Shown here: piece after piece, positions 1-9,589 of the stretch
How the letters are laid out: each line of letters starts with the position of its first letter
Numbering within the stretch: position 1 is the stretch's first letter
From: an uncultured Clostridia bacterium
GTDB taxonomy: Bacteria > Aerophobota > Aerophobia > Aerophobales > AE-B3A
DNA length: 64,000 nt
Direction of reading: 5' to 3'
Assembly (NCBI GenBank): GCA_964543295.1
Contig: CAZIXA010000002.1
Location: 46,410-110,409, forward strand
Program-made: the position numbers and the translations under genes
The notes under the pieces: model-generated
The model's input: only the letters and a program-made list of their open reading frames with translations
Told to the model about the DNA's origin: nothing
Databases searched by the model: none

Positions 1-535
1 TTGGAGAGAAGCTAAACCTTTACAGGATTTTCTTATGCATCAGGTTATTCGCCGGGCTATAGAAGCAGAACTTCCCATCCAGATTCATACCGGTTTCCAA
101 GAGGGTAGTGGCAATATTATCACTAACAGCAACCCTACGCATTTGGTGAACCTTTTCATCCAGTATCCTCAGGCTAAATTTGATGTCTTCCATGCCTCTT
201 ATCCTTATACCGGCGAGCTTATTACTCTAGCCAAGAACTTTCCTAATGTTTATATGGATCTGTGCTGGATGCACATAATCTCTCCTTATGCTGCCAGAAG
301 GGTCCTCTCTGAATTGATAGAAACTCTTCCCTCCAATAAAATATTTGGATTCGGGGGTGACTATTTAATTGTAGAAGGAGCCTATGCTCATGCTAAAATA
401 GCTCGTGACAACATAGCCAAAGTTCTCACAGAAAAGATAGAGGAGAACTATTTTTCTCTATCAGAGGCATTAGAGTTTGCCCGAAAGATCCTGCGTAATA
501 ACCCCTTGGAAGTGTTCAATGTTGGTTCTGCCTGA
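1..535 (+). CDS. Amidohydrolase-2-like (TIM-barrel metal-dependent hydrolase), 5'-partial. The reading frame is open from position 2, so the gene starts upstream of the window.
   Basis: The frame is open with no stop from position 2 and ends at TGA 533-535. The protein shows fold-level similarity only (motifs HTGFQEG, DLCWMH). Confidence 0.5.
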   Translation, partial: WREAKPLQDFLMHQVIRRAIEAELPIQIHTGFQEGSGNIITNSNPTHLVNLFIQYPQAKFDVFHASYPYTGELITLAKNFPNVYMDLCWMHIISPYAARRVLSELIETLPSNKIFGFGGDYLIVEGAYAHAKIARDNIAKVLTEKIEENYFSLSEALEFARKILRNNPLEVFNVGSA

Positions 536-818
536 TTCGTGAAGAGGCACTAAACTTTTGGTCCCCAATCCCTGAATGAGGTTCGGAGATTCTGTTTTCC
601 GCCTCCTGTAGATCGTCCCTCCTGAAGTACCTTCTACCGGTTAGCCACTCCTCGTTCTGCTCATCGATAAGATCTTTCCATGTTTTTCCCTTATTTTGGA
701 GGAATGATGACCTTTTTGTCAAGGCCATCCGATTTTGCAGAAACTGTAGGGCATGGTCTTTCCAGAAACTAGTATCATATATCTTTGACATCCCCTGCCA
801 AACACATATAATTGTCAT
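516..818 (-). CDS. Hypothetical small basic protein (100 aa).
   Basis: A 100-codon ORF convergent with the upstream hydrolase. No recognisable domain, and it may not be expressed. Confidence 0.2.
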   Translation of the reverse strand: MTIICVWQGMSKIYDTSFWKDHALQFLQNRMALTKRSSFLQNKGKTWKDLIDEQNEEWLTGRRYFRRDDLQEAENRISEPHSGIGDQKFSASSRIRQNQH

Positions 819-873
819 GCAAGAGCTGCAGGGAAAGTGAAGATGTAGTTGAAACGAAGAAGGAGGAGGATTG

Positions 874-1008
874 ATGAAAGAAAAGATGAGAGCTATTGTA
901 TTTGAGGGCAGGCATAAGTTTGGATTGAAAGATGTGCCTGTTCCTCAACCGGGAGAAAAGGAGGTTTTGATAAAGGTGGATACCTGTGGCGTCTGTGGAG
1001 CCGGGTGA
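874..1008 (+). pseudogene. Truncated N-terminal fragment (44 codons) of a paralogous Zn-dependent alcohol dehydrogenase (GroES-like domain). It ends right after the CGxCG zinc-ligand motif.
   Basis: An AGGAGGAGGA RBS lies at 861-870, with ATG at 874. The peptide MKEKMRAIVFEGRHKFGLKDVPVPQPGEKEVLIKVDTCGVCGAG* duplicates the N-terminus of the downstream full-length ADH (…VPSVTSDEVLIQVKVCGICGSDIH) in a different frame. Confidence 0.5.
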
Positions 1009-1042
1009 AGATAGTTATGAAACCTTGGAAGTGGTAAAAAAA

Positions 1043-2068
1043 ATGGTACAGGCAAAATTAGTCTCAACGGAAAAGATAAAATTAGAAAAGGTAAAGGTCC
1101 CTTCCGTAACCTCGGATGAGGTTTTGATTCAGGTAAAAGTTTGTGGGATATGTGGCTCTGATATTCATGCTTATAAAGGTAGGCATCCCTTTGTTCATCC
1201 CCCCATAGTTTTAGGGCATGAATTTTCCGGGTTGGTTTCTGAAGTTGGTTCAGGGGTCAAAGCCATATCAAAAGGGGAAAAAGTAACCGTTGAGCCCAAC
1301 CTAGTCTGCGGTGAGTGCTATAACTGCCTCCGTGGACGATATAATATCTGTCTGAATCTGAAGGTCATTGGATGTGTCGGTCATAATGGTGCCTTCACTG
1401 AATACATTGTCGTGCCCAAAGATAAAGTTATAAAAATACCTCAAGGAATTTCTTGGGATGAAGCAGCTCTAATAGAACCTGCAGCGGTAGCTGTTCATGC
1501 AGTGAAAAAGGCAGAACAAAGGGTAGGAGACAGAGCAGTTGTCCTCGGAGCCGGACCAATAGGTCTTTTGGTTATGCAAGTGGCTAAAGTGAGCGGGGCT
1601 AAAGAGGTGATTGTAACTGATCTACTTGATTATAGATTAAAGAAAGCCCGGGATTTGGGGGCCGATCGGGCCATAAATTCGAGCTCAGAGAATTTAGTAA
1701 ATCTTATTAAAGAAGACTATGGCGAGAGGATTGATCTTATCTATGATTGTGTAGGTATTGAAGAGACAGTCTCTCAGGCTATTCAGATCGTCCGCAAAGG
1801 AACCAAGATCCTCATAGTGGGAGTGCCGGAGGGAAAAATAGGGGTTAACTTAGCTTATGTTCAGGACAGAGAACTTGAGCTTTTGGGAAGCTTAATGTAC
1901 GTAAGGGAAGATTTTACAACCGCCCTGGAGCTAATTCACCAGGGAAAAATCAAGGTAAGACCCCTTATAAGTCATCATTTTACCCTGGAGGAGATCGATA
2001 AAGCCTTCCAGAAAATTCTGACCATGAAAGAAGAGGTTCTTAAGGTACTGATCCATCTCCAGAGCTAA
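1043..2068 (+). CDS. Zn-dependent medium-chain dehydrogenase (sorbitol / L-threonine / L-iditol dehydrogenase-like).
   Basis: Motifs CGICGSDIH, GHEFSG, CGECYNCLRGRYNIC (structural Zn site) and the Rossmann motif GAGPIGL. The ORF track opens at 986, but the conserved N-terminus starts at ATG 1043. Confidence 0.8.
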   Translation: MVQAKLVSTEKIKLEKVKVPSVTSDEVLIQVKVCGICGSDIHAYKGRHPFVHPPIVLGHEFSGLVSEVGSGVKAISKGEKVTVEPNLVCGECYNCLRGRYNICLNLKVIGCVGHNGAFTEYIVVPKDKVIKIPQGISWDEAALIEPAAVAVHAVKKAEQRVGDRAVVLGAGPIGLLVMQVAKVSGAKEVIVTDLLDYRLKKARDLGADRAINSSSENLVNLIKEDYGERIDLIYDCVGIEETVSQAIQIVRKGTKILIVGVPEGKIGVNLAYVQDRELELLGSLMYVREDFTTALELIHQGKIKVRPLISHHFTLEEIDKAFQKILTMKEEVLKVLIHLQS

Positions 2069-2079
2069 AGAGGATTCCT

Positions 2080-4488
2080 ATGAGAAGAGTAAATTATAGG
2101 GTGTGGTGGTTTATCGTTGTGGGTTCACTCTTGTTTTGTTTGGTCACTCCTTTAGTCCAGGCCAAGACCCACCTGGAACTGGCTAATGAGTATGCTGTCA
2201 AAAGCGAGGAGTTTTTTAACGAAGCAGTTTCTGAATATAATTTGGCCCTGGATGAGCCCGGGGCCGATATAGATCAAATCCAATTTTTGTTGGGGAAGCT
2301 CTACTATGAGCATGGCAGGTTTGAGAAAGCTGTCGAGATCCTTTCTTCTCTTTATCCCCAAAAGAAAGATGATTTTCTTGTGGCCAAACTTCTGACTCTT
2401 TCTTATTATAAGACCGGAAATTACACCCGTGCCTTAGTCATCTTTGACAAAAATGAAAATTCGACTGACCAAGAATTTCTCTATTACTATGGACAAACCT
2501 GTGAAAAAAAGAGCCTTTTTGATAAGGCCGTTCGCGCCTATAGCCAGATTAAAGAGGGAAAATACTTATCTTTAGCCAAAAAGAGAATTCTTTTAATCAA
2601 TGCCGGGATGAAGTTGGCCACAGTCGATGATATTGGGGACCCTTATTTAAGGAATTTAATCAAGAGCTCACCCGGCTCGGCTGATTATCCCAATGCCGGA
2701 GCTATCGTTCTTTTAGACGATGAGTGGCTCGAGATTCTCTCAGACGGCACAGCCGTACAGACCACGCATTTTATGGTGAAGATATTGAATGAGCGAGGCA
2801 AACACTATGGGGAGGTAGAAATTAGCTACGATTCCACCTATGAGACTGTAGAAATTGAATACGCCCGAACCATCAAGCCTGATGGGAAAGTTTTTTCAGT
2901 GGGTGATAGACACATTCGTGATGTTTCCCGATACCTGGAGTATCCTTTGTATAGCAATGCTCGAGTGAGAATCGTCTCCATGCCCGAGGTGACCTGGGGA
3001 GCAGTCATTGAATATAAGGCGAAGAAGTATATTAATAAACTGGTCAATGGAGAAAATTTTTCTCTTCAATATGGAATTCAGGGGTACGAACCCTGTCTGA
3101 ATCGTAAGTTGAAGGTGTCGGTCCCTTCCGGGTATAAGCTCCACATAAAATCTTATAATCCAGGTTTTATTTCTTTTCCGGCTGATTTATCTCCCCGGGT
3201 CAGGGTACTGACAGATAGGACAGAGTATGAGTGGAGATTTAGTAATATTCCGGAGATTATTGAGGAGCCGAGCATGTCACCCTGGGTAGAGATTGTACCC
3301 AGTCTTTCCTTTTCTTCCTTCGATAGTTGGCAAATGGTTCATGATTGGTGGCAGAGTTTGGCTGAAGATAAGATGGAATTGGATGAGATAATTAAAGCCA
3401 AGGTTGAGGAGTTAATTCAAGATAAAGAAACGGCGGAAGAGAAAGCAGCTTCAATTTATCACTGGGTTGCCGAAAAAATCCGTTATATTGCGGTAGAATA
3501 TGGAGAAGCTGGCTTTGAGCCGCACGAGGCAAGTGAGGTATTCAAAAATAAGTACGGTGATTGTAAGGATCAGGCAGTTCTTTTAATTGGTATGCTAAGA
3601 TATGCCGGGATTCCAGCTTATCCGGTCTTGATCAGCACCCGGGGTAACTGGAGGTTGGATGATAACTTTCCTGCTTTGGTCTTTGATCATGCTATGGTTT
3701 TGGCCAAGGTTGGGGAAAGATCGGTCTTTCTTGATCCTACCGGGGAAACAGTTTCTTTTGGAGATCTTCCCCGGTCCGATCAAAACAGGAAAGTACTAAT
3801 TCTCGCGGAGGGAAAGGCAGAGATTGAGACTATACCTTTATTTTCTGCCGACCACAATAAATTTATTTTAAAGATGGATTTGAGGATAAGCGAGGACGAG
3901 ACAATTTGGGGAACCAGGCAAATTTTCACTTTTGGTGAATATGACCAGGGACAGAGGTGGTGGATAAAATATACCAAGCCAGCCCTGATCAAAGAACAAC
4001 TTAAGTCGGTCATTAATAATTTTTCGCCTGGGGTAGAGCTCCTGGATTATCACATAAGTAATGCAGAAGAGCTTGGTCAACCCATTGAGATCACGGTAGA
4101 GTTTAAAGGACCCAAGTTTTTAACCTCGTTGGGGGAGGAGAGGCTAATTCCTGTCCTAGGAGGAGTATCGGCCGATTTTGTTTCCCGGGAAAAGAGAAAC
4201 TATCCCCTCGATTTTGGGGTTTTGAGGGAATCAAGGACTCTCATCCAGATTAAACTCCCGGATAATCTTACTGTGAAATATCTTCCTCCTCCCATTATTA
4301 AGGATACCAGGTGGTTTACCTATATTAATAAATATACATTTTCCAACTCGACCGTTTCTTTTGAGGAACTGATGAGTGACAAAGTCACCAGGATCTCGGT
4401 TGACGAATATAGAGAGTATAAAGAGGCTTACGAACTACTAGCACGTCAGACTGATAAACAGGTGGTTTTAAGCAAAGTTACCCCGTAG
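2080..4488 (+). CDS. Secreted transglutaminase-like cysteine protease-fold protein with DUF3857-like and TPR-like N-terminal regions.
   Basis: An N-terminal signal peptide is present. The core YGDCKDQAVLLIGMLRYAGIPAYPVLIST matches the transglutaminase-like Cys core. Length is 802 aa. Confidence 0.65.
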   Translation: MRRVNYRVWWFIVVGSLLFCLVTPLVQAKTHLELANEYAVKSEEFFNEAVSEYNLALDEPGADIDQIQFLLGKLYYEHGRFEKAVEILSSLYPQKKDDFLVAKLLTLSYYKTGNYTRALVIFDKNENSTDQEFLYYYGQTCEKKSLFDKAVRAYSQIKEGKYLSLAKKRILLINAGMKLATVDDIGDPYLRNLIKSSPGSADYPNAGAIVLLDDEWLEILSDGTAVQTTHFMVKILNERGKHYGEVEISYDSTYETVEIEYARTIKPDGKVFSVGDRHIRDVSRYLEYPLYSNARVRIVSMPEVTWGAVIEYKAKKYINKLVNGENFSLQYGIQGYEPCLNRKLKVSVPSGYKLHIKSYNPGFISFPADLSPRVRVLTDRTEYEWRFSNIPEIIEEPSMSPWVEIVPSLSFSSFDSWQMVHDWWQSLAEDKMELDEIIKAKVEELIQDKETAEEKAASIYHWVAEKIRYIAVEYGEAGFEPHEASEVFKNKYGDCKDQAVLLIGMLRYAGIPAYPVLISTRGNWRLDDNFPALVFDHAMVLAKVGERSVFLDPTGETVSFGDLPRSDQNRKVLILAEGKAEIETIPLFSADHNKFILKMDLRISEDETIWGTRQIFTFGEYDQGQRWWIKYTKPALIKEQLKSVINNFSPGVELLDYHISNAEELGQPIEITVEFKGPKFLTSLGEERLIPVLGGVSADFVSREKRNYPLDFGVLRESRTLIQIKLPDNLTVKYLPPPIIKDTRWFTYINKYTFSNSTVSFEELMSDKVTRISVDEYREYKEAYELLARQTDKQVVLSKVTP

Positions 4489-4506
4489 TCAGAAGATTTA
4501 TATGGG

Positions 4507-4542
4507 TTTATTGAGTTTATTGAGTTCATAGAGTTTATTGGG
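4507..4542 (+). repeat. Short tandem repeat of about four 9-mers (TTTATTGAG) between the transglutaminase-like gene and oppD.
   Basis: GGGTTTATTGAGTTTATTGAGTTCATAGAGTTTATTGGG. Confidence 0.6.
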
Positions 4543-4602
4543 TTTAAAGGAAAAAATTGGTGTACAGCCTCAAACTTTTTCCTGAGACTAAAGGAGTTGT
4601 CC

Positions 4603-5610
4603 TTGATATACAGCGACGGAGGGGAAGAGTCCCGAAATATACTTGAAGTCAAGAACCTGAAGACCTATTTTTACACGGATGAAGGAGTAGTTCGGGCTGT
4701 TGACGGTATAAGCTTCCACATAAAAAAGGGGGAGACCCTTGGTATGATAGGCGAATCAGGTTGTGGCAAGAGTGTAACTGCTCTTTCTATCATGCGACTC
4801 GTTCCTCAGCCGCCGGGACGGATAATCGGGGGCGAGATCTACTTCAAAGGTGAGAATCTCAGGGAGAAAAGCGAGCCTGAGATGCGGAGAATAAGAGGCA
4901 ATGAAATAGCCATGGTTTTTCAGGAACCAATGACCTCGCTTAATCCCTTATTTACCATCGGAGATCAGATAGCCGAGGCCATTATTCTTCATCAGAAAGT
5001 GGATAAACGAGAAGCCCAATATCGGGTGATAGAGGTGTTACAGAGAGTCGGTATGCCTGCTCCGGAGCGAAGAGCTCATCAATATCCTCACCAGTTGAGT
5101 GGAGGGATGCGTCAGAGGGCAATGATAGCTATGTCTTTATCCTGTAATCCTGATCTCTTGATTGCGGATGAGCCTACTACTGCTCTGGATGTAACTATTC
5201 AGGCTCAAATACTGGAGTTAATGGAGAGATTCAAAGATGCGTTGGGGATGGCTCTTCTTCTAATCACGCACAATCTGGGAGTCATAGCGGAAGTTTCGGA
5301 CAGAGTAGTTGTTGTCTATGCGGGAAAGACCGTGGAATATGCAGGTGCGCAGACGATCTTTAAGCATCCCAGACACCCTTATATGATGGGATTGCTCGAG
5401 TCGGTGCCCAGATTGGACGATGCCAGTAAAAAGTTAAAGATAATAAAAGGAGCCGTTCCTTTCGGCTTGAATTTGCCGAGGGGCTGTCGATTCCATCCTC
5501 GATGCGAAAAAGTTATGGACGTTTGCAAAGTCAAAGAGCCCCGAATTTTAAAAGTAGAAAAGAACCATTGGGTGCGATGCTGGCTCTGTGATTCAGAAGG
5601 AAAACTATAG
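4603..5610 (+). CDS. Oligopeptide/dipeptide ABC transporter ATP-binding protein (OppD/DppD type).
   Basis: Walker A GESGCGKS, signature LSGGMRQR, Walker [13 protein letters not shown], and the Opp C-terminal Cys-rich tail. The likely start is TTG 4603, placed 6 nt after AAGGAG. Confidence 0.85.
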   Translation: MIYSDGGEESRNILEVKNLKTYFYTDEGVVRAVDGISFHIKKGETLGMIGESGCGKSVTALSIMRLVPQPPGRIIGGEIYFKGENLREKSEPEMRRIRGNEIAMVFQEPMTSLNPLFTIGDQIAEAIILHQKVDKREAQYRVIEVLQRVGMPAPERRAHQYPHQLSGGMRQRAMIAMSLSCNPDLLIADEPTTALDVTIQAQILELMERFKDALGMALLLITHNLGVIAEVSDRVVVVYAGKTVEYAGAQTIFKHPRHPYMMGLLESVPRLDDASKKLKIIKGAVPFGLNLPRGCRFHPRCEKVMDVCKVKEPRILKVEKNHWVRCWLCDSEGKL

Positions 5611-5612
5611 AA

Positions 5613-6620
5613 ATGGTTAAAACAAATGGGAATCTCATGGAAGTGAAGAATCTCAAGAAATACTTTTCCCTGAGAGGAGGATTTCTGTCTCGAGCTACGG
5701 GGGAGATACGAGCGGTTGATGGAGTAAGTTTTTCTATTAGGCCAAAGGAAACCTTAGGATTGGTGGGTGAGAGTGGTTCGGGAAAAACTACCGTGGCCAG
5801 GGCAATCTTAAGACTCTCTTCTATAACTGATGGCCAGATTCTATTTAAAGGACGAAATATTTTTAAACTGGACAAAGAAGAACTCCGTAAGTTACGTCGG
5901 CGCCTTCAAATCATCTTTCAGGACCCTTATGCTTCCTTGAATCCCCGCATGAGTGTAGAAGAGATTGTGGGCGAGGGTATATTTATTCACAGGCTAGCCA
6001 AAGGGCCTGAGAAAAGAGAAAAGGTAGTACGATTGTTGGAGATAGTGGGGCTGTCAGCACATTACCTGAGGAGATACCCTCATGAATTAAGTGGGGGAGA
6101 GAGACAACGCATAGGAATAGCCAGGGCTCTAGCTGTTGATCCCCGGTTGATAGTTTGTGATGAGCCAGTATCGGCACTCGATGTTTCTATTCAAGCACAG
6201 GTCATAAACCTACTGGAGGATCTACAGCAAAGGTTTGGACTTTCTTATTTATTTATAGCTCATGACTTAAGCGTGGTAAGGCATATAGCCCATAGAGTGG
6301 CAGTAATGTATTTGGGTAAAATAGTAGAACTCGCCACCAAGGATGGTCTATATACATCACCTCAACATCCCTATACTGAGGCTTTGCTTTCCGCTGTGCC
6401 CATACCAGACCCCACGGTGGATCGACACCGAATAGTTCTCAAAGGTGAGATACCCAGTCCTGTAAATCCTCCCTCAGGCTGTTATTTTCATCCACGGTGC
6501 TGGTATGCAAAATCTGTCTGTAGAGAAAGAGCCCCTGAGTTGGTCGACTTGGGGGAAAGACATCTAGTTGCCTGTCATTTAAGACGGAAAAAAGTCAAGG
6601 AGGTAAAGACCGATGAATAA
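5613..6620 (+). CDS. Oligopeptide/dipeptide ABC transporter ATP-binding protein (OppF/DppF type).
   Basis: Walker A GESGSGKTT, signature LSGGERQR, Walker B CDEPVSALD, and a C-terminal oligopeptide-ABC tail. Confidence 0.85.
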   Translation: MVKTNGNLMEVKNLKKYFSLRGGFLSRATGEIRAVDGVSFSIRPKETLGLVGESGSGKTTVARAILRLSSITDGQILFKGRNIFKLDKEELRKLRRRLQIIFQDPYASLNPRMSVEEIVGEGIFIHRLAKGPEKREKVVRLLEIVGLSAHYLRRYPHELSGGERQRIGIARALAVDPRLIVCDEPVSALDVSIQAQVINLLEDLQQRFGLSYLFIAHDLSVVRHIAHRVAVMYLGKIVELATKDGLYTSPQHPYTEALLSAVPIPDPTVDRHRIVLKGEIPSPVNPPSGCYFHPRCWYAKSVCRERAPELVDLGERHLVACHLRRKKVKEVKTDE

Positions 6621-8520
6621 GTTTACAACTCTACTACTGGGAATTTGTGTTTTGTTTAGTTTATCTTTCCCTTCAGCGGCTGAGCTTACGAATCCCAAGG
6701 TTATGGAAGGAGAAGTGGGAAAGTATGGAGGTACCCTTGTCTGGTCTGTCTTTGGCAGCGGGCCCAAGACATTTAATTTTCCCATTGCTCAGGAGACTTC
6801 CTCTACCACTCCTTTAAGTTTCTTGTTTAGCGGATTAACCGAGACCAATGGGGTAACTACTGAGGTGGAACCTGCCCTGGCAGAGTCCTGGGAATTTAGT
6901 GAAGATGGGCTGGTCTGGACCTTTCACCTACGCAAGGGTGTTACCTGGTTCGATGGTGAGCCATTTACGGCAGATGATGTTGTCTTCACCTACAATAGCA
7001 TCATTTATAACAAGGATATTGCCTGCGGCATGCGGGATCTCTTAACCATTGAGGGAGAGAGAATAAAGGTAGAAAAAGTGGATGACTACACGGTAAGATT
7101 TACCTTGCCTGTTCCCTATGCACCTCTGCTAAGGCACTTAGGAACAGCCATTATGCCCAAACATATTCTCGAGCCAGCGGTGAAGAAAGGTACCTATATG
7201 ACCACCTGGGGAGTGGATACCCCACCTAACAAGCTCATTGGGACAGGACCTTTTATGATGACTCAATATGTTCCTGCGGATAGAATCATTTTTAAAAGAA
7301 ATCCTCATTACTGGAAGGTGGATAAAGAAGGTAATCAACTGCCTTATCTAGATGGTATGATTATGTTGATTGTCCCTTCCATAGACACTCAACTTCTCAA
7401 GTTCCAGGCAGGTGAGATTGACATCTACGGGATGAGAGGAGAAGATTATGCTGTCCTCAAACCCAAGGAAAAGGAAGGCAACTTCACCGTTACCAAAGGT
7501 GGACCAACATTTGGTTCTGAGTTTGTTATCTTAAACTGGAGCCATCCCGACCCGGTTAAATTCAAATGGTTTAACAATCCCCAGTTTAGAAAGGCCTTAG
7601 CTCACGCTATTGACAGGCAGACCTTTATTGATGACGTCATGTACGGATTTGGCGTACCTCAATGGAGTCCAGTCTCTCCCGCCGTGAAAGCCTTCTACAA
7701 TCCGGAGGTAAAGAAATATCCCTATGACCTGGCCAAGGCGAGAAAGATTTTACAGGAGGCTGGTTTTAGGTTGAAAACTGAGAAAGGCAAGCAATCTAGA
7801 ATGGGAAAAATTGGGCCTTGGTCAAGGTGGATAGTCTTTTCGATATCCATATTGGTGCTTTGCTTTCTTGGTGTATGGACGGCCATCAGAAGAAAATGGC
7901 GAATTATGATCATTTGGATTGTACTAATAGGTGTCATTGTCATAGGCAATTATTATGTTTCCCTGCCGCCGGCTGGACCAAAATATTTATATGACCCGGA
8001 GGGTCATAAGGTAGAGTTTGAGCTCTTCACCAATAGCGGTAATAGTGTCCGGGAGGCTCTGGGTACATTAGTGGCTGATGATCTTAAAAAATTAGGAATG
8101 AACGTTCATTTCCGACCCCTTGATTTCAATCTCTTAGTCCAAAAATTAACTTCCAAACCACAAGGTGACTGGGATGCCATCATCATTGGTTTGACTGGTG
8201 GAGTGGAGCCTCACGGCGGTGCTAATGTCTGGAAGTCTGATGGACAATTACATTCCTGGAATTATAATCCTGAAAATAGATATGACTGGGAACTAAAGGT
8301 AGATGATTTGTTCAATAAGGGTGTCCAGGAATTGGATCCCAAAAAGAGAAAACTAATCTATGATCAATGGCAAATGATTGTTTCTGAGAAGCTTCCCTTC
8401 CTTTATTCGGCCCTATCCACTTACCTTAGTGCGGCTAGAAACACTCTTAAAAATGCCCGTCCCACCGCCTACGGAGGTACCCTTTGGAATGTGGAGGTGC
8501 TTTATCTAGAAAAAGAATAA
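6613..8520 (+). CDS. ABC transporter substrate-binding protein, family 5 (OppA/DppA-like), with an atypical internal insertion of about 55 aa carrying two hydrophobic helices.
   Basis: A signal peptide and the family-5 SBP blocks (LPYLDGMIMLIV, YLYDPEGHKVEFELFTNSGN) are present. Residues around 390-445 (nt 7777-7980) are strongly hydrophobic, as expected for transmembrane segments. Confidence 0.75.
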   Translation: MNKFTTLLLGICVLFSLSFPSAAELTNPKVMEGEVGKYGGTLVWSVFGSGPKTFNFPIAQETSSTTPLSFLFSGLTETNGVTTEVEPALAESWEFSEDGLVWTFHLRKGVTWFDGEPFTADDVVFTYNSIIYNKDIACGMRDLLTIEGERIKVEKVDDYTVRFTLPVPYAPLLRHLGTAIMPKHILEPAVKKGTYMTTWGVDTPPNKLIGTGPFMMTQYVPADRIIFKRNPHYWKVDKEGNQLPYLDGMIMLIVPSIDTQLLKFQAGEIDIYGMRGEDYAVLKPKEKEGNFTVTKGGPTFGSEFVILNWSHPDPVKFKWFNNPQFRKALAHAIDRQTFIDDVMYGFGVPQWSPVSPAVKAFYNPEVKKYPYDLAKARKILQEAGFRLKTEKGKQSRMGKIGPWSRWIVFSISILVLCFLGVWTAIRRKWRIMIIWIVLIGVIVIGNYYVSLPPAGPKYLYDPEGHKVEFELFTNSGNSVREALGTLVADDLKKLGMNVHFRPLDFNLLVQKLTSKPQGDWDAIIIGLTGGVEPHGGANVWKSDGQLHSWNYNPENRYDWELKVDDLFNKGVQELDPKKRKLIYDQWQMIVSEKLPFLYSALSTYLSAARNTLKNARPTAYGGTLWNVEVLYLEKE

Positions 8521-8598
8521 CAAATCCTGGTGTTTGATTAAAAAGGACTCTTAAGAGTTTAACATTCTCGAAATCTTCTAAAGAGTAAAGGAGAGAGC

Positions 8599-9564
8599 TT
8601 GTTAACATATATTGTTCGACGATTTTTGCATATGTTTCCCCTAGTGATCGGGATATCGCTTATCTCCTTTTTCATCATCCAATTAGCTCCCGGGGATTTT
8701 TTAACTCAACAGGCTTTAAATCCTCAAGTTTCAACTCAGAGAATCGCTCAGGAAAGAGCTCGTTTCGGGTTAGATAAACCAGTCTACGTTCAATATTTTA
8801 TCTGGTTAAAGAACGCTCTGCGTCTTGACTTTGGGTATTCCTTTTCTTATCGAGTGCCTGTCTTTAGATTAATTGCCACCAGACTCTTTAATACTTTTAT
8901 CCTTTCCCTGAGCGCCATGATCTTTACCTGGGTACTCTCGATTCCCCTGGGGATAATTTCGGCAATTAAGCAGTATTCCTGGGTAGATAAGTTGCTCACC
9001 TTTGTGGCCTTTTTGGGTTTGGCTATTCCAAACTTCTTCTTCGCCCTACTCCTGTTGTTCATGGCCATGCGCACCGGTTGGTTTCCCGTGGGAGGAATGT
9101 ACAGTATCGACTTTCAGTCTCTGAGTTTATTTGGTAAAATCTGGGATCGTCTCTATCATTTGATCCTTCCCACCATAGTTCTGGGCACCTCAGGCATGGC
9201 CGGGTTGATGAGACAAATGCGAGGGAATCTCCTGGACTACCTTAAGGCTGATTTTGTGACTACTGCCCGGGCTAAAGGACTAAGTGAAAGAGTGGTTATC
9301 TGGAAACACGCAGTGCGTAATGCCATTAATCCCATCATTACTATTTTTGGTCTTTCTTTACCAGGTCTACTTTCCGGCGCTGCCCTCACCGAAATTGTCA
9401 TGGCCTGGCCAGGCCTGGGAAGGTTGATGCTGGAGGCAGTATTAGCCCAGGATCTTTATCTGGTAATGGGTAGTCTCATCATGGGGTCAGTTCTGCTTAT
9501 CCTTGGTAATCTGGTAGCTGATCTATTGCTTGCCTGGGTTGATCCCCGCATCCGCTATGATTGA
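8599..9564 (+). CDS. Oligopeptide ABC transporter permease (OppB/DppB type).
   Basis: Polytopic membrane protein with the N-terminal motif YIVRRF and the EAA-like loop. TTG start. Confidence 0.8.
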   Translation: MLTYIVRRFLHMFPLVIGISLISFFIIQLAPGDFLTQQALNPQVSTQRIAQERARFGLDKPVYVQYFIWLKNALRLDFGYSFSYRVPVFRLIATRLFNTFILSLSAMIFTWVLSIPLGIISAIKQYSWVDKLLTFVAFLGLAIPNFFFALLLLFMAMRTGWFPVGGMYSIDFQSLSLFGKIWDRLYHLILPTIVLGTSGMAGLMRQMRGNLLDYLKADFVTTARAKGLSERVVIWKHAVRNAINPIITIFGLSLPGLLSGAALTEIVMAWPGLGRLMLEAVLAQDLYLVMGSLIMGSVLLILGNLVADLLLAWVDPRIRYD

Positions 9565-9589
9565 GCCAACTTTTAGGGGGAATTGGTAG

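Noticed and set aside
8539-8552. The perfect 12-nt palindrome ACTCTTAAGAGT between oppA and oppB.
   Set aside because: It is too short, has no loop and no flanking U-tract. It is most likely chance or a minor stem and not a terminator or operator.
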